From Deltaproteobacteria bacterium (GTDB lineage: Bacteria > SAR324 > NAC60-12), in assembly GCA_038150265.1 (NCBI GenBank), contig JAYOTF010000020.1, forward strand, positions 1 through 61,218: a stretch of 61,218 bases of DNA. The letters run 5' to 3'. This document shows, one piece after another, positions 57,714 to 61,218 of this stretch. Every line of letters begins with the position of its first letter. The stretch's first letter is position 1. The notes under the pieces were generated by a model. The model ran no database searches. It was not told where the DNA came from and worked only from the letters and a program-made list of their open reading frames with translations. The position numbers and the translations under genes were made by a program.

Positions 57714-59321
57714 ATGCGAGTGAACCACAATATTGCGTCAATGACTGCCTTGCGGCACCTGGGATTGACGAGTAACGCGACGGAGAAAAACCTCCAGCGC
57801 TTGTCTTCAGGCATGAAGATCAATGCAGGGGCAGACGGTCCTGCAGAGTTGATGATTTCGGAGCAGATGCGGGCTCAGGTCACCGGCCTGAACCAAGCGG
57901 TGAAGAACTCTGAGACCGGCATCTCCATGGTGCAAACGGCTGAGGGCGCCCTCAGCGAAGTGAGTTCGATTCTCATCAACATGCGCCAGCTGGCACTGCA
58001 CGCTGCCAACGAAGGGGCCAACGACGAGAAGATGCTCCAGGCGGACCAGAACGAGATCGAGAATCTGCTCTCGACTCTGGACCGAATTGCGAAAAACACC
58101 CAGTTCGGAACCCGGACCCTCTTTGACGGCAGCAACTCCGCGTCCGGAGTTGTGGTCGGCGATGGCCTGAGCTTTGTCACGGCTTCTGAAAAGACGCAGG
58201 CAGCTCCGACCAAGAGCGGTTTTGAAATCGACATCAAGCAGGTGGCAACCCGCACTGAGGTGGTGGCCGACCGTGGCTTGACGGTTGAGGACCTCGATGA
58301 AGGGGTCACCTTTGTGATCAACGAAGGCAACCGCCTGGCTCGCTTGAACACCAAGACCGACGATCCGGAAATGGCGCAGAGCATCGACCAGCTGCTCAAC
58401 AACTACCGCCTTTCCCCGGAAATCTTCGACAAGTCCGAGGTGGAGAACAACATCCGGCAGCTGGTGGCTCGGTCACTGGACAAGAAAGCAGCTGACAACG
58501 GACTGAATGTGGATGTCTTCATTGACGACGTCGGCATGCTCAACGTGCGGCACAAGATGTTCGGCAGCGAGCCTTCCTTCAGCGTGACCTCCAGCAAGGC
58601 GGGAGTGCTGGCCAAGGAAGCCAACATTGCGACCTACTCCGATGGTGGCCGGGATGTGGCCGGTTACATCGGTGGTGAGCCGGGTGTCGGAAGCGGTCAG
58701 TTCCTTGAGGGGGCAACGGGCACACCGGTGGAAGGCCTGGTGGTGCAATACGACAAGGTCCTGGAGAAGCGGATCATTGACATCAAGGATGCCCAGGGCA
58801 ACGTCATTGGCAAGGAACTGGTCCAGCAGTCCAACGATGAGCTGGTTGGCAACGATGTGGACGGCTTTGCCCACGTCGCCCAGAACTCCCTGACCTACCA
58901 GGTGGGCTCGAACTACCAGCAGACCATCAAGTTTTCGCTGAGTGACCTGCGCTCCGAGCAACTGGCTCAGGGCATGGAGAACGGCAGCGGTTACCGGAGC
59001 CTGGCAGACATTGATCTGACCACCGGAGAAGGCGCTCAAGATGCCCTCTTGATGATCGACCGAGGCATTGAGGAAGTGAACGTCCTTCGTGCCAACCTCG
59101 GTTCGTTCCAGAAGAACGCCCTGGAGACCAACCTCCGGAACCTGCGAGTGGCCAGTGAAAAGCTGACCAACGCGGAGTCAGTGATCCGTGACTCCGACAT
59201 GGCGCAGGAAATGAGCGAGTTCACCAAGAACCAGATCCTGCTGGCATCTGGAACGGCCATGGCCGCTCAGGCGAACCAAATTCCGAAGTCTGTACTGCAG
59301 CTCCTCAACGGCGCTCAGTAA
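57714..59321 (+). CDS. fliC: flagellin
   Basis: SD AAGGAGG; MRVNHNI, RLSSGMKIN, QTAEGAL, RANLGSFQ, IRDSDMAQEM, AQANQ...VLQLL; large central domain. Confidence 0.95.
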   Translation: MRVNHNIASMTALRHLGLTSNATEKNLQRLSSGMKINAGADGPAELMISEQMRAQVTGLNQAVKNSETGISMVQTAEGALSEVSSILINMRQLALHAANEGANDEKMLQADQNEIENLLSTLDRIAKNTQFGTRTLFDGSNSASGVVVGDGLSFVTASEKTQAAPTKSGFEIDIKQVATRTEVVADRGLTVEDLDEGVTFVINEGNRLARLNTKTDDPEMAQSIDQLLNNYRLSPEIFDKSEVENNIRQLVARSLDKKAADNGLNVDVFIDDVGMLNVRHKMFGSEPSFSVTSSKAGVLAKEANIATYSDGGRDVAGYIGGEPGVGSGQFLEGATGTPVEGLVVQYDKVLEKRIIDIKDAQGNVIGKELVQQSNDELVGNDVDGFAHVAQNSLTYQVGSNYQQTIKFSLSDLRSEQLAQGMENGSGYRSLADIDLTTGEGAQDALLMIDRGIEEVNVLRANLGSFQKNALETNLRNLRVASEKLTNAESVIRDSDMAQEMSEFTKNQILLASGTAMAAQANQIPKSVLQLLNGAQ

Positions 59322-59409
59322 CCCCCGTTCCATCCCGAGTCCCTTGCTCCTTCTCCTTCGGGAGCGGGGGGCGTGGGGCGGAGGATGGGCGGACTCAGGG
59401 ACGTCCTTC

Positions 59410-59690
59410 AGCAGCATTGAACGCCAGTGGTGCTGGAGAACATTCCTGAGGAAGCCACGCCTCGTGCGACGCTTCTTCAGTCAGTTGAGTACCTGGTGGA
59501 GGTTCCTGGTCAGGAACCAACGGACCGGTCGGACCCATGAGCCTTTGGAGGCCAGTGGTTCAAGACCCTGGAAGTCCGCCCGCCTGAAGCATCCAAGCCC
59601 GAAGGGCCTCCTCAGAGGAGGAGGTGCGCGGGAGTCGTTACAAAACAAAAGGTTTAATTCCCAAGGATGGGACGAGTTTTTTCAAGGAGG
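59410..59690 (+). pseudogene. degenerate flagellin N-terminal-domain remnant (fossil 3)
   Basis: SSIER 59410, SQL 59479, VRNQRTG 59509 (cf. VKNSETG), VQ 59558, NKRFNSQ 59644. Confidence 0.45.
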
Positions 59691-59760
59691 AAGTGTTGCT
59701 TATGACAATGATTGAATAGGCCCCGGCCTGGACCGGAGCCACCATCTGAGGAGGTGGTTT

Positions 59761-61179
59761 ATGTCTGTAAACATGCAAAGCAATTGGGTTGCGTTGGGAG
59801 CCACGGTTGGCAGTTCTCCGGAACGTCAGTCAGGGCGGTCTCAATCGCAGGTCCTCAAGAAGCTGAAGCCCCGGTCCTCTTCTGAATCACCTGCTGTGAT
59901 GCACATCTCCGAAGGAGTGCGCATCCATGCCTCCAGTCTGGTTCACCAGATCAATGAGGCAGAGAGTGATGTTTCCCTGCTGCAGACCGCAAGTGATGCC
60001 CTGGGGAAGGTGGAAGAGGAGCTGCGTGAGTGGAGTGCGGAACTGGAGAAGGCTGTCGAAGATGGCTCGATCTGGGAAGCAGCCCGCTTGCGGGTGGAAG
60101 CTCACCTTGAGGAGATCGACCGGATCGCCGCGATGACGCACTACGGTGCCCAGAATCTGCTGGATGGCAGCCGAGCCCTGAAGGGCTTCGCTTCCGGAGA
60201 GCACCTGGAGTTCATCCAGGCAGACGGAGGAATTCCTTCCTCTCCTGCCAAGGGCTACCCGGTGGAGGTCAAGCGCTCGGCAACCCGAGCGGAACTGCGG
60301 GGGAAAGTTCCCCTGACCCGTGAGTACATCGACCATGAGGAGCGCCTCGTCTTGAAAGAGGGCAGCTCCGAGGTTCAGTTCATCACCCGCAAGGGTGAGG
60401 ATTTGGACGAGACCCTGCGCCGCTTGGCGCTGGTGATCCGTCAGGCCGAACTCCCGCTGGAGTTGGTCCGGAATCCTTCAGGCGTGCTTCACTTCCGGCA
60501 CGTCCAGTATGGAAGCCGCTCCCGGTTCAGTGGAGCCAGTGCGACTCCAGGAGTGCTGTCTCCTGAAGCCAATCTGCTGGTCGACTCCGCCCCTGGGTTG
60601 GACATCGTCGGCACCATCAACGGTGAGCCTGTTCGTGGAATGGGACAGCTGCTGGTGGGTTCGTCGGAGTCCTCCAAGTTGGCGGGACTGTGCCTGCGAT
60701 TCAATGGCACCGGCAACAATTTGGGAGAAGTCGGCAGTGTCACGATCTTTCAAAACGGAATCCCCCTCCACATCGGAGGAGGCGTCCAGAATGCGCGACT
60801 CGGTCTGAAGAGCATCCGCTCCAGCGAGTTGGGGGGACAGGTGCCCAACGTGTCCGGGTTCACCTGCCTTGCCGACATCCAACTGGATCATCAGGAGGAG
60901 CTGAGCGATGCCCGACGGGTGGTTGAGAAAGCGTTGAAGGAGGTCCTTCAGGCCAAGGCCCGGATTGATCTTGTCAACCAGGAACACCTGCAGGCGGGGC
61001 TGCGTAAGCTCCGGCATGACCACCTGGCGCGTCAGGGGCCCTTTACTCCGATAAAGGATTCCGGAACCGCCAAGTATGTGGCGCGGAACACGCGGATGCA
61101 GATCATGAAAGACTCCGGAACCTCGACGATGGCACAAGCCCATCAGAAACCGGAAACCGTGATGCACCTGCTGAAGTAA
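59761..61179 (+). CDS. divergent flagellin-family protein, paralog of the upstream flagellin
   Basis: SLLQTASDAL, EIDRIA..T.YG..LLDG, MAQAHQ.PE.VM.LL; central domain aligns with the upstream flagellin. Confidence 0.85.
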   Translation: MSVNMQSNWVALGATVGSSPERQSGRSQSQVLKKLKPRSSSESPAVMHISEGVRIHASSLVHQINEAESDVSLLQTASDALGKVEEELREWSAELEKAVEDGSIWEAARLRVEAHLEEIDRIAAMTHYGAQNLLDGSRALKGFASGEHLEFIQADGGIPSSPAKGYPVEVKRSATRAELRGKVPLTREYIDHEERLVLKEGSSEVQFITRKGEDLDETLRRLALVIRQAELPLELVRNPSGVLHFRHVQYGSRSRFSGASATPGVLSPEANLLVDSAPGLDIVGTINGEPVRGMGQLLVGSSESSKLAGLCLRFNGTGNNLGEVGSVTIFQNGIPLHIGGGVQNARLGLKSIRSSELGGQVPNVSGFTCLADIQLDHQEELSDARRVVEKALKEVLQAKARIDLVNQEHLQAGLRKLRHDHLARQGPFTPIKDSGTAKYVARNTRMQIMKDSGTSTMAQAHQKPETVMHLLK

Positions 61180-61185
61180 TACAAA

Positions 61186-61202
61186 GAGCCCCTTGGGGGC
61201 TC
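61186..61202. terminator. hairpin after the second flagellin, possibly the terminator of a convergent gene
   Basis: GAGCCCC-TTG-GGGGCTC preceded by AAA on the plus strand. Confidence 0.45.
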
Positions 61203-61218
61203 GAGTTCAGGTCACCGC

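Noticed and set aside
264..61218. DGR template repeat, reverse transcriptase, transposase or integrase within the window
   Set aside because: No A-rich copy of nt 120-263 and no such protein motifs seen.

Overview
GC-rich bacterial chromosomal segment; gene content and style suggest a deltaproteobacterial/SAR324-like organism (inference, not verified). Most of the window is housekeeping and metabolism: tRNA-Arg(CCT), tig-clpP-clpX, hemW, class II ribonucleotide reductase, birA-coaX, queA, fliN, aceE-aceF-lpdA, the phnW-phnA-phnY aminoethylphosphonate pathway, two ABC transporter operons and two flagellin-family genes. The strongest signal is the flagellin locus (56.1-61.2 kb). Two near-perfect sigma28 promoters lie about 1.45 kb upstream of the first flagellin. 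The intervening non-coding DNA, and the 440 bp before the second flagellin, are dense in hairpins, many with GGA loops like CsrA sites. By eye they also carry three collinear, frameshifted fossils of flagellin coding sequence, plus a 77-nt triple repeat. Also notable: a DUF1566 gene end at the left edge that looks like a diversity-generating retroelement (DGR) variable region, strong over-representation of TCCGGA, and a perfect operator-like palindrome before phnW. All protein assignments are from motif recognition by eye; no database search was run.
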